A DNA stretch of 64,000 nucleotides from Bacillota bacterium (lineage in GTDB: Bacteria; Bacillota; Sulfobacillia; Sulfobacillales; JAIMBI01): NCBI GenBank assembly GCA_021797815.1, contig JAJZYZ010000010.1, positions 347 to 64,346 on the forward strand, read 5' to 3'. Below are positions 9,719 through 17,600 of this stretch, one piece after another. The notes under the pieces were generated by a model, which made no database searches, was not told the DNA's origin, and worked only from the letters and a program-made list of their open reading frames with translations. The position numbers and the translations under genes are program-made. Position 1 is the first letter of the stretch; each line of letters starts with the position of its first letter.

Positions 9719-10972
9719 CTATTGGACATCGCCGGCCGCCGCCGACACCGAGCCCGGTCCCCCCTTGCCGTCCTCAAAGTGCCCGCCGAGCGTCACCCGG
9801 CCCACCGGCGTCCGCCATGCCAGCAGCATGGCGCCCACAACCGTCACGGCACCGAGTCCCTCAATTACGGGTCCGGCCCCGATGCGCCCGGCCAGAACCC
9901 CTGCCAGCACGCTGGCGGTCGGTCCCGGACCCATGGACACCAGCTGCCGAACGGCGTTCACCTGCCCGTAGAGGCGTGACGGGATCCGTGCCTGGCTGAT
10001 CGTGCTCATGGCGGCCAGGATAGGGGCGATGGGGCCGTCAAGGGCGCCGAGACAGGCCCCTACCGAGTACGGGGATCCGAGACCGGGCAGGACCATCATG
10101 CCCAGGCCCGAGAGGAGCACGCCTCCCACCAGTACCCGTCCCGGTCCCAATCGTTGATTCAGCTTCGCGCCCAGGCTCGCAAATCCCATCGGGATGAGAC
10201 CCATCAGGACACCGGCGAGGCCCACCTCGGCTGCGGTGAAGTGCAAATCGTGCCGGTAGAAGTAGACCAAGATGGCGAGGATCCCGCCGAAGCTCCAGTT
10301 CCACAGGGACATTGTGAGCGTGAAGTACCAGAGGGCACGCTCTTTCACCAGAGTGCGGGCCGCCTCCCGCAAAGTTCCCGACTCCGCCTGCGGCGGCGCC
10401 GCCAGCCGCGGCAGCATGATGGCTGCCGCCAGCATCGGCGCCACCGACACGGTCTGCGCCAGAAGCGCGAAACCCTCACCGCGCCACTGCAGGAGAAAGC
10501 CGGCGATGCCCGGCGCCCCGTACTGGGCAAGCAGCGTCACAAGCGCCCACCAGCTGTTGAGCCGCAGCCGGGAGGCGGTCGGGGTCAGCAGGAAGCGGAC
10601 CGTGGATCCGGCCAAAAGCTGCAGCCGGGTCCCGGTCATGATGAGGACGACCCCCAAGAGCGCGAGCGTCACCGTGGCCCGGTGCAGGTCCACCAGGAGC
10701 GACAGACCACCCGAGCCGACGGCCTGCACCAGGAGTGCGACGATGAGGGCGCGGCGCCGGTCGACCCGGTCCACCACCCAGCCGAGCCCCGGTCCCACCC
10801 AGGCCATGAGCCCCTGTACAACCGCCACCATCCCCACCCAGAAGGCCGAGCGGGTCAGGTCGTACATGAGCCAGGGGCCGAGTAGGAAAAAGAGACCGGT
10901 CCCCATATCCGTCACGGCGGCGCCCATCATGAGGCGCAAGACGTGACGCGTGTCCCGCTCGTCGCCGCTCAT
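9719..10972 (-). CDS. MFS transporter
   Basis: About 12 hydrophobic segments and the MFS loop motif GWVVDRVDRRRAL. Start set to the ATG at 10972 (MSGDERD), just after the stop of the upstream crotonase gene. Confidence 0.8.
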   Translation of the reverse strand: MSGDERDTRHVLRLMMGAAVTDMGTGLFFLLGPWLMYDLTRSAFWVGMVAVVQGLMAWVGPGLGWVVDRVDRRRALIVALLVQAVGSGGLSLLVDLHRATVTLALLGVVLIMTGTRLQLLAGSTVRFLLTPTASRLRLNSWWALVTLLAQYGAPGIAGFLLQWRGEGFALLAQTVSVAPMLAAAIMLPRLAAPPQAESGTLREAARTLVKERALWYFTLTMSLWNWSFGGILAILVYFYRHDLHFTAAEVGLAGVLMGLIPMGFASLGAKLNQRLGPGRVLVGGVLLSGLGMMVLPGLGSPYSVGACLGALDGPIAPILAAMSTISQARIPSRLYGQVNAVRQLVSMGPGPTASVLAGVLAGRIGAGPVIEGLGAVTVVGAMLLAWRTPVGRVTLGGHFEDGKGGPGSVSAAAGDVQ

Positions 10973-10976
10973 GCCG

Positions 10977-11756
10977 TCAGCGGCCCCGGAATTCGGGTGG
11001 GCGCTTCTGTAGGAAGGCTTCCATGCCTTCCTTTTGATCCTCGGTCGCGAAGAGCTCCGTAAAGAGGCGGCGCTCATGGCGAAGACCCGACTCGAGCGGG
11101 CTTTCAAACGCAAACAGGACCGATTCCTTAGCGAGCCGCTGGGCCACGGGTGGACCCGCCGCGAGCTTCTTGGCCCAGCTGACGGCGTCCGCCAGACACC
11201 GCTCCACCGGCACCACCCGGTTTACGAGGCCCCACGAGAGCGCGGTGGCGGCATCGATGGGCTGTCCGCCCAGCACCAGCTCCATGGCCCTCGCCTTGCC
11301 CACGACCCGGGCGAGCCGCTGAGTGCCGCCCGCCCCCGGCATCACACCGATATTGATTTCCGGCTGGCCGAAGCGGGCGTTCTCCGCCGCCACCAGCAGA
11401 TCACACGAGAGGGCAAGCTCAAGTCCCCCACCGAGCGCCCAGCCCGATACGGCCCCGATGAGGGGTTTCGGAAAGCGGGCAATCGCCTCCCAGGCGTTTA
11501 TCTGGGCCGAGTCCAGCATGTCGACCGCCGACTTGCCCTGCATCTCCGCAATGTCGGCCCCGGCGGCAAAGGCCCGCTCGTTGCCGGTCAGCACCACCAC
11601 CCGAATGGCCTCGTCCGCCGCGGTCGCCAGCAGCTCCGTCGACAGCCGTTCCATCACGGCCGTGTTGAGGGCGTTCAGCACCCGGGGCCGGTTTAACCGC
11701 AAGATCCGCACCGGACCGTCATCTTCTCGCAGGACCAGGTTCTCATTTCCATCCAT
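10977..11756 (-). CDS. enoyl-CoA hydratase/isomerase (crotonase) family
   Basis: VRILRLNRPRVLNALN, FAAGADI and GGGLELALSCD crotonase signatures. ATG at 11756 lies 7 nt after GGAGGA. Confidence 0.85.
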   Translation of the reverse strand: MDGNENLVLREDDGPVRILRLNRPRVLNALNTAVMERLSTELLATAADEAIRVVVLTGNERAFAAGADIAEMQGKSAVDMLDSAQINAWEAIARFPKPLIGAVSGWALGGGLELALSCDLLVAAENARFGQPEINIGVMPGAGGTQRLARVVGKARAMELVLGGQPIDAATALSWGLVNRVVPVERCLADAVSWAKKLAAGPPVAQRLAKESVLFAFESPLESGLRHERRLFTELFATEDQKEGMEAFLQKRPPEFRGR

Positions 11757-11829
11757 ATGTCTGTCCTCCTCGAGCCACGCGAAAGGGACCGGACCGCCGT
11801 CCCGGAGATTCCAGGAAAGCGGCTCCGGC

Positions 11830-12132
11830 CTAGTCCTCCTCCACCACGAACAGTTCCACGAGATTCCTGGCGAAGCGGGCCAGATCCCGTGCCGCCAGCG
11901 CGCCCTGCGGTGAGGCCAGGGCCGCCGAGAGGGCTTCGCGGTCGGCAAAGCGCATGCGGGCCAGGTAAAACCAGTCCCCGCGGCCGAGGATGCCCTGCGC
12001 CACCAGCGAGTGCGAGAAGCCGATGAGTCCGGGCATGGCCTCGGCCAGCGGCGCGTGCACGGAGCGGTAATGATCGAGAAAAGCGGCCGGGTCGGGCGGG
12101 CGGTGATAAAGGGCGTAGAGTACGGCCGCCAT
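11830..12132 (-). CDS. EthD family protein
   Basis: 100 aa: VLYALYHRPPDPAAFLDHYRSVHAPLA...PGL. This is the pattern typical of the EthD / TIGR02118 small alpha-beta barrel family. It has a 1-nt TGATG overlap with paaK. Confidence 0.65.
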   Translation of the reverse strand: MAAVLYALYHRPPDPAAFLDHYRSVHAPLAEAMPGLIGFSHSLVAQGILGRGDWFYLARMRFADREALSAALASPQGALAARDLARFARNLVELFVVEED

Positions 12133-13415
12133 CAGCGGGCTCGCGTCCGGCGGTCGACCACCCGAACCGCCTTGCCCTCGGGCCGCGGCAGGCTCATCGG
12201 CGCCACGATCGTCGTCTCCACCCGCACGCCCAGTTCCTGGCGGAGGCGCTCGGTCACGGCCCGTTCAAGCGGAGCCACCTGCGCCGTCGGCAGCACTGCC
12301 GATGCCTCCACCTCCACCCGCAGGCGGTCCAGGCGCCCGTCTTCCCAGACGAGCTGGTACTGGGCCCCGAGCTGTCCGAAGCTCAAGAGAACCCGTTCCA
12401 CCTCGCTGGGAAACACGTTCACGCCGCGGACAATCAACATGTCGTCGGCCCGTCCCAGCACCCGGGAGATGCGGCGGTGGGTGCGCCCGCACGGGCACTC
12501 GTCGTCGTAGAGCGACACCAGGTCCCCCGTGCGATAGCGCAGGAGGGGCATGGCCTCCTTGCTGAGTGTTGTCAGCACCAGCTCGCCCCGCTCACCCGGC
12601 GGCAGCACCTCGCCGGTGGCGGGATTCACGACCTCGGGATAGATGTGGTCTTCGGCAACGTGAAGTCCCCGGCGGCCTTCACGACACTCCATGGCCACCC
12701 CCGGCCCTACGATCTCCGACAGTCCATAAATATCAAGCGCCTCGATCGCAAGCGCACTCTCGATGCGTTCCCGCAACGCCTCGGTCCAGGGCTCGGCGCC
12801 AAAGACGCCGTAGCGGAGAGAGGTTTCGCGCGGGTCGTACCCGATTTCCCGCATCGTCTCGGCCAGCGCCCAGGCAAATGAGGGCGTGCAGCAGAGGCCA
12901 TCCGGCTCCAGGTCCGCAATGAGGGTCACCTGCCGCCGCGTGGCCCCGCCCGACGCGGGCACCACCGCCGCACCGAGCGCCTCCGCTCCCTGGTGCAGAC
13001 CGAGCCCGCCGGTAAAGAGCCCGTAGCCATAGGCATTATGAATACGATCGCCAGGCCGCGCTCCCGCCATCGCCAGGGCGCGGGCGCACAGCTCCGCCCA
13101 TACGGCCAGATCCCCTCGGGTGTAGGCCACGACCGTGGGTTTGCCCCCGGTGCCGGACGACGCATGAAGCCGCACTACGCGTTCGCGTTCCACCGCGACC
13201 AGCCCCCAGGGGTAGTGATCGCGCAGATCCTTCTTCCGGGTAAACGGCAGATCGGCCACCGCATCGAGCGGATGGTCTTTGATGCTGTGGCTCAACGTAA
13301 GGCGGCCCTGGTAAAACGGGGACCGCTCCAGTCGTTCAAAGAGACGCCGCCAGCGCTCTTCCTGCAGGCGGGTAAGATCGGCGCGGGGCAGCATCTCGAC
13401 GTCCGGCTGGAACAT
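12132..13415 (-). CDS. paaK: phenylacetate-CoA ligase family (PaaK-like adenylate-forming enzyme)
   Basis: 427 aa. FTRKKDLRDHYPWGL, ASSGTGGKPT (AMP-binding P-loop) and YRTGD motifs in PaaK order. Confidence 0.85.
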   Translation of the reverse strand: MFQPDVEMLPRADLTRLQEERWRRLFERLERSPFYQGRLTLSHSIKDHPLDAVADLPFTRKKDLRDHYPWGLVAVERERVVRLHASSGTGGKPTVVAYTRGDLAVWAELCARALAMAGARPGDRIHNAYGYGLFTGGLGLHQGAEALGAAVVPASGGATRRQVTLIADLEPDGLCCTPSFAWALAETMREIGYDPRETSLRYGVFGAEPWTEALRERIESALAIEALDIYGLSEIVGPGVAMECREGRRGLHVAEDHIYPEVVNPATGEVLPPGERGELVLTTLSKEAMPLLRYRTGDLVSLYDDECPCGRTHRRISRVLGRADDMLIVRGVNVFPSEVERVLLSFGQLGAQYQLVWEDGRLDRLRVEVEASAVLPTAQVAPLERAVTERLRQELGVRVETTIVAPMSLPRPEGKAVRVVDRRTRAR

Positions 13416-13432
13416 CCGACCCCTCCACTCTC

Positions 13433-13460
13433 ATCCTAGCCCGGCCCAGGGGCGTGTCAA
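13433..13460 (-). promoter_or_regulatory. candidate promoter upstream of paaK
   Basis: TTGACA (13460-13455), 16-nt spacer, TAGGAT (13438-13433), in the 94-nt wrbA-paaK gap. Confidence 0.4.
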
Positions 13461-13509
13461 TGAAGAGCGATTAGTGACAACGAAGACGCTTGGCTGACTT
13501 CTATCGGGC

Positions 13510-14142
13510 TCAGTCCGTCGCGGCAGCCGCCGCGGCCGCCCCGTCCCGGAGCCACCGCCCTACCTCCAGAAGACGACGGGTCTGCGCCTGCACGGCCGTC
13601 GCCGTCTCGGGCTTGAGAGCTCCACCCTGGACGGCGACCGTGCTCACCCCATACGGGTTGCCGCCGGCCGCAATGAAGGCGGGATCCGAATAGCCCGGCG
13701 GCACCACGATGGCGCCCCAGTGGAACATGATGGTGTAAAACGCGAGCAGCGTCGCTTCCTGCCCTCCGTGGGGGTTCTGGGCGGAGCTCATGGCCGATAC
13801 GGCCTTGTTGACAAGTCTGCCGGTCGCCCAGAGAGGGCCTGTCTGGTCTAGAAACTGCTTCATCTGAGCCGGGATGCCGCCAAACCGCGTGGGCATGCTG
13901 ACCATGAGGCAGTCGGCATCGCGCAGATCGTCTAGGGTGGCGACCGCGACATCACGGGTCGCCGCGCGGTGAGCCTGCCAGGCCGGATTGCCGGCTATGG
14001 CCGACTCCGGCGCCAGTTCCGGCACCTGCCGCAGCCGGACCCGGGCACCGAGCCGCTCTCCTTCCTGCGCCGCCTCGGCCGCCATCGCGTGATTGGTTCC
14101 AGTCGCGCTGTAGTACAGCACGGTCAGGGTCAGGGGGTTCAT
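13510..14142 (-). CDS. wrbA: NAD(P)H:quinone oxidoreductase, WrbA-type flavodoxin
   Basis: VLYYSATGTNHAMA flavodoxin-like FMN loop, PTRFGG, and the WrbA-specific insertion. ATG at 14142 lies 7 nt after GAGGTG. Confidence 0.85.
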   Translation of the reverse strand: MNPLTLTVLYYSATGTNHAMAAEAAQEGERLGARVRLRQVPELAPESAIAGNPAWQAHRAATRDVAVATLDDLRDADCLMVSMPTRFGGIPAQMKQFLDQTGPLWATGRLVNKAVSAMSSAQNPHGGQEATLLAFYTIMFHWGAIVVPPGYSDPAFIAAGGNPYGVSTVAVQGGALKPETATAVQAQTRRLLEVGRWLRDGAAAAAAATD

Positions 14143-14406
14143 GGGCATTCACCTCTCCCGAGGAGTGTATCGTAATGAGTCCCGGTGCTGTGGGGACACG
14201 CGCCTGCGGGGAGCTGACCCTCGGGTCTCTCGGGTCCGCCCCGTCTGGCCGAGTCAGGGCTCCCAACGGACGCCCGCGAAGCGCTCTGGCCAACCCGAAC
14301 GTCAAAAACCGGGCGTCGCGCAGGCCAAAAACGCGCCTCGATGCGAACGTCCATGGACATCGCGGGACCTGGGCGATAGGATGTCTGGTACGTGGTTCTT
14401 GCATTC

Positions 14407-14415
14407 TGATATAAT
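14407..14415 (+). promoter_or_regulatory. extended -10 promoter element for rpsT
   Basis: TGaTATAAT lies 27 nt upstream of the rpsT GTG, in a locally AT-rich patch. No good -35 hexamer. Confidence 0.45.
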
Positions 14416-14441
14416 TCTCGCCCGGGAGGTCGAGCGTTTCA

Positions 14442-14720
14442 GTGGCCAATATCAAATCGGCGAAGAAGCGGATCCGTCAAAACCGCAAGCGCATGCTCCG
14501 CAACCGGATGCGCAAGAACATGTATCGTGCAGCGGTGCGGCGTTTTGAGGCGGCGGTGGCCACCGGAGACGTGGCCCAGGCGGAGTCGGCTTACCGGTTT
14601 GCGTCCGGGCGCATCGACCGCGCGGCGCAGAAGGGTGCCATCCACCGCAATGCGGGCGCCCGCAAGAAGTCGCGGCTGCAGCGCATCCTAAACGGCATGA
14701 GCCGCGCCGACGCGTCCTAA
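14442..14720 (+). CDS. rpsT: 30S ribosomal protein S20
   Basis: GTG start. ANIKSAKKRIRQNRKRMLRNR... is the canonical S20 N-terminus. Confidence 0.95.
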   Translation: MANIKSAKKRIRQNRKRMLRNRMRKNMYRAAVRRFEAAVATGDVAQAESAYRFASGRIDRAAQKGAIHRNAGARKKSRLQRILNGMSRADAS

Positions 14721-14758
14721 GACCGACGACCGGTTCGCGCCTTGTGGCTTTTCTACCG

Positions 14759-14784
14759 GACCCGCCCTGAGCGGGTCTGTTTTC
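14759..14784 (+). terminator. rho-independent terminator of rpsT
   Basis: GACCCGC-cctga-GCGGGTC followed by TGTTTTC. It overlaps the 3' end of convergent holA. Confidence 0.65.
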
Positions 14785-15787
14785 ATGCGGCGGGGCCGGC
14801 GAGGAGCACCAGGGCGGCCAGCCAGACCGCCGCGTCCAGCCGCGATGACTTGAGCGCCCGGTCGACACGGCGGGCCCGGTCAAACCAGCGCGCCAACTCG
14901 TGCGGGGCCCATGCGGCCGCGCCACGCCCGAAGGTTCGGGCCTGAAATGGCCGGAGGCCCACGCTGGAGGCCGCCTCGGCCGCAGACGCTCCGCCCGCCG
15001 AGGCGCGCTTGAACGCTGCCAGCTGACCCATCTGCCGGCTCATCGCCCCCAGCACCATCACGGGCTCTGCTCCGCGCTCCAGGTGAGTGCGAAGCTCCTG
15101 GTGCGCCGTGCGGGCGTCGCGCAGAATGAGGGCGTCAGTCAAGCGATAGAGAGCCTGCGCCTCCAGGGGCCGCACCAGGTTCTCGACCTCTTCGGCCCCG
15201 AGGCGGCGATCGCCATAGGCGAGCTTCAGGAGACGGCAGGCCAGCACCACCTGGTGCCCGGCGGGGTGCGTCGCCCGGGAGAGCGCCGTGAACCCGGCCA
15301 CGTCCAGCGCGACCCCCTCTTCACGGGCGAGAGTCTGCACCAGCGCGTCCCACGCCTGGCCTCTTAGCTCGCTCATGTCCACCGACAGGAAGCCGTCCGG
15401 GGCGAGGCCCTTTTCCACGCAGATGGCAAGCCGGCGGTGCGGGGCCGTGGCCTGCTGCAAAAGAGCCAGCGCGTCGCCTTTCAAGGGAAGACCTTCCGGA
15501 TCCTGCCACCATAAGAGGCCCGGCATCTCCGCCCCCAAGAGGCTCGTACTGCGAAGCCATAACGCAATCTCCTCGGGGTGGACGCGGCCCTGCATGACCC
15601 GGAGCTCCGCCTCCGGCCCCAGCTTCCGCAGCACGTCGGTCCGAAAGCGCCCGGCCCGAAAAGCATCTGGCCCGACGACCCAGTACCGTTCCGCGTCAGA
15701 CTCACGACCTTTGATGTCTGCACCTCCTCCGGTCCACCACCGCCGCGGCCGCCGTGCTTGCCGCATAAAACGTGTCTCGACCCTCAT
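14783..15787 (-). CDS. holA: DNA polymerase III subunit delta
   Basis: Convergent with rpsT, as in Bacillus. The C-terminal region (LYRLTDALILRDARTAHQEL...GAEPVMVLGAMSRQ...LRPFQA...DRALKSS) follows the HolA domain III pattern. The exact start is uncertain. Confidence 0.7.
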   Translation of the reverse strand: MRVETRFMRQARRPRRWWTGGGADIKGRESDAERYWVVGPDAFRAGRFRTDVLRKLGPEAELRVMQGRVHPEEIALWLRSTSLLGAEMPGLLWWQDPEGLPLKGDALALLQQATAPHRRLAICVEKGLAPDGFLSVDMSELRGQAWDALVQTLAREEGVALDVAGFTALSRATHPAGHQVVLACRLLKLAYGDRRLGAEEVENLVRPLEAQALYRLTDALILRDARTAHQELRTHLERGAEPVMVLGAMSRQMGQLAAFKRASAGGASAAEAASSVGLRPFQARTFGRGAAAWAPHELARWFDRARRVDRALKSSRLDAAVWLAALVLLAGPAA

Positions 15788-15942
15788 GTTTCCTGCCCAT
15801 TATGCGGCTTTCTCCGAGCCTTCCGGACGCTCTCGCTCCGCTTCTCGTGGCCGCGCCGGCGTCTGCAAGGCGGCCCGTCGCGGCCGCCTCCGTGACGCTC
15901 GGGGCGGGTGGTCGTGCCCGCGCCTCCGTCACAGCCGGAGCG

Positions 15943-16518
15943 CTACCCGACTGCCAGATGCACCATGATCACGATGATGAGGACCTGCAGGGCCCCCTGC
16001 ACGCCTGCCAGAACCAGATTGGTCCGGTTCCAGCGCGAGATGCGGACGCCGTCCGGCTCCCGTTTGTGAATTTCTTTTAAGATGCGCAGATTGTTCGGCA
16101 GGATGATGCCGAACCCCTGGATGGCCAGGATGGTCGTCACCGCCAGCGCCCCGATAATCCAGTTGCGGTCGGGACTCGTCGGCCAGTACCCCACCTTGAG
16201 GGCGAGATACCACCCGGCGGTGCCGGTGGTAAACGCGACCACCGGCATGTACAGGAGCGTCCGCGGGACGAGATAGGTGATGACCGCTTTCCGCTGTTCG
16301 AGTGTGAGGCGCCGCAGCACCGGTCCCACGATGAACCCGAGCAGGAGGTCTGCACCTGTCCAGAGTGTTCCGGCCATGACGTGGGTGTAATCGAGGACGG
16401 GAAGACTGCCGGTGATGAGAGCCACGCCGAGGGCGGCCGGCAGAATCAGGATCCACCAGGTCATCTGCCGCCAGAGGGAGGGCTGGGGTGGCCGGGTCAG
16501 TACGGCTCCTTCCGCCAT
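15943..16518 (-). CDS. hypothetical integral membrane protein
   Basis: 191 aa with 4-5 hydrophobic helices. ATG is preceded by GAGGGAGA. Codon bias looks like a real gene. Family not recognised. Confidence 0.55.
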   Translation of the reverse strand: MAEGAVLTRPPQPSLWRQMTWWILILPAALGVALITGSLPVLDYTHVMAGTLWTGADLLLGFIVGPVLRRLTLEQRKAVITYLVPRTLLYMPVVAFTTGTAGWYLALKVGYWPTSPDRNWIIGALAVTTILAIQGFGIILPNNLRILKEIHKREPDGVRISRWNRTNLVLAGVQGALQVLIIVIMVHLAVG

Positions 16519-16827
16519 CAGCGTCTCCCTCTCTTATCGGTCGGCGACCGCCCACAGAACCATCCGACAGGCGGCCGGCCGCGATCGCATGCTGCACGCG
16601 TCGTCTTGCCAGCGTCGGCGAAAAAACCAAGGCCGCGACGCCAGCGGAGCCCACGGCCGCCCGGACCTCGCGACTGCCGCTCGCTCGTGTGCCGGCCGGG
16701 TCGTCTCGTGACCATGCCGGTCACTCGGCTATTCTTTGTCCATCCATCAAAACCTCCCCTCTGTCGACCGCCACCGCCGCAAACTTTCCGCTCGCGCACC
16801 CACCCGACATCGTCGGGGGGGGGGCGA

Positions 16828-16851
16828 TTGAAAAGCGTCCCGCTGGACGCT
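16828..16851 (-). terminator. candidate intrinsic terminator inside the 1.1-kb gap
   Basis: Minus strand AGCGTCC-agcg-GGACGCT (7 bp perfect) followed by TTTTCAAT. No annotated gene lies upstream of it. Confidence 0.4.
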
Positions 16852-16932
16852 CCCCGCCGCGCCACCCTGCCGCCGCGCACCGGTGCGGGTTACGCGCCAT
16901 ACTTTCCTCATCTGTCTTTTTGGCTTCCTTCT

Positions 16933-16967
16933 AACAATCTGACAATCCGACAATCTGACAGCCTGTC
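16933..16967. repeat. tandem octamer repeat followed by a short palindrome
   Basis: aACAATCt gACAATCc gACAATCt gACA is 3.5 copies of an 8-nt unit. It is immediately followed by GACAG-C-CTGTC. The patch is locally AT-rich. Confidence 0.8.
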
Positions 16968-17400
16968 GGTCTCATGGGCCAAGAGCTGGCGTGGAGGCGT
17001 CCGCACCCCTGCGAGGATTTGTGCTCCCGCCCGTCTCGGCCACACCTCTTCGACGTCACGATCTTGGTCAAAAGCCCGCGAGATGGCCTGATGGCGGTGA
17101 CGTGAGAGATTTTAATGGGGCCCTTCGACGCGCTCTGCATCTTGCTCGCAAGCCGTCATCACGGCGTGACCGACCCGAAGACCGTGCACCATTAGCGTCT
17201 CCTGGCGGCGGTCGCCGGCGCCCCGGCCACGGTCCTGATCCCCTGGGTCCGAAGGCCGAGGCCCCCCTCCTCATCCGACGGCCCGCGATTTCGGGTACAG
17301 GGCCCGGCAACTTCGGCCGGCCGTCGTGCATCCTCGACATGATGGTCAGTGGCTCCCGGGTGGCGCGACGGGGTGGCGGCGCCCGGAGAAGCCTATGATA

Positions 17401-17429
17401 TTGCCGTTCGCGCCGCTTTCGCCTATCTT
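17401..17429 (+). promoter_or_regulatory. candidate promoter of the ABC transporter operon
   Basis: TTGCCG, 17-nt spacer, TATCTT. This would give a 5' leader of about 165 nt. Confidence 0.35.
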
Positions 17430-17600
17430 GAGAACAGCAACAGTGTAGAGACCCGATTCGGGCCGTCCCAACCCGACAGGATAGGAGGTGGCGAGAGTGG
17501 ACAGCAATCCCGACCCTCACGGACCAAGACGCTTCGATTTGGTCGGAATCGGCTCCAGGTCGACTTCCGCCATCTTGCTTGATGGGGAGGGGGGCGTGTC

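Noticed and set aside
16895-16912. GAGGAAAGT on the minus strand, reminiscent of the universally conserved RNase P RNA P4 sequence GAGGAAAGUCC
   Set aside because: The match stops after 9 nt (…AGTATGGCG instead of …AGTCCGGGC/AGTCCATGC). No complementary P4 3' strand (ACAGAAnCCGGCUUA-like) pairs with it, and none of the other conserved RNase P blocks occurs in order.
17112-17195. Mirror-image pair of 26-codon ORFs (plus 17115-17195 MGPFDALCILLASRHHGVTDPKTVHH; minus 17192-17112 MVHGLRVGHAVMTACEQDAERVEGPH, the latter with AGGAG 6 nt upstream)
   Set aside because: They are too short to evaluate and mutually exclusive, with no recognisable family. Codon bias favours one and the SD favours the other. 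There is not enough evidence to call a gene.
17424-17600. Possible riboswitch in the ABC-transporter leader (TTGAGA, small hairpins, internal strong SD)
   Set aside because: I could not match it to any riboswitch consensus I know (TPP, SAM, cobalamin, glycine, c-di-AMP). It is kept only as part of the non-coding-gap finding, not called as a feature.
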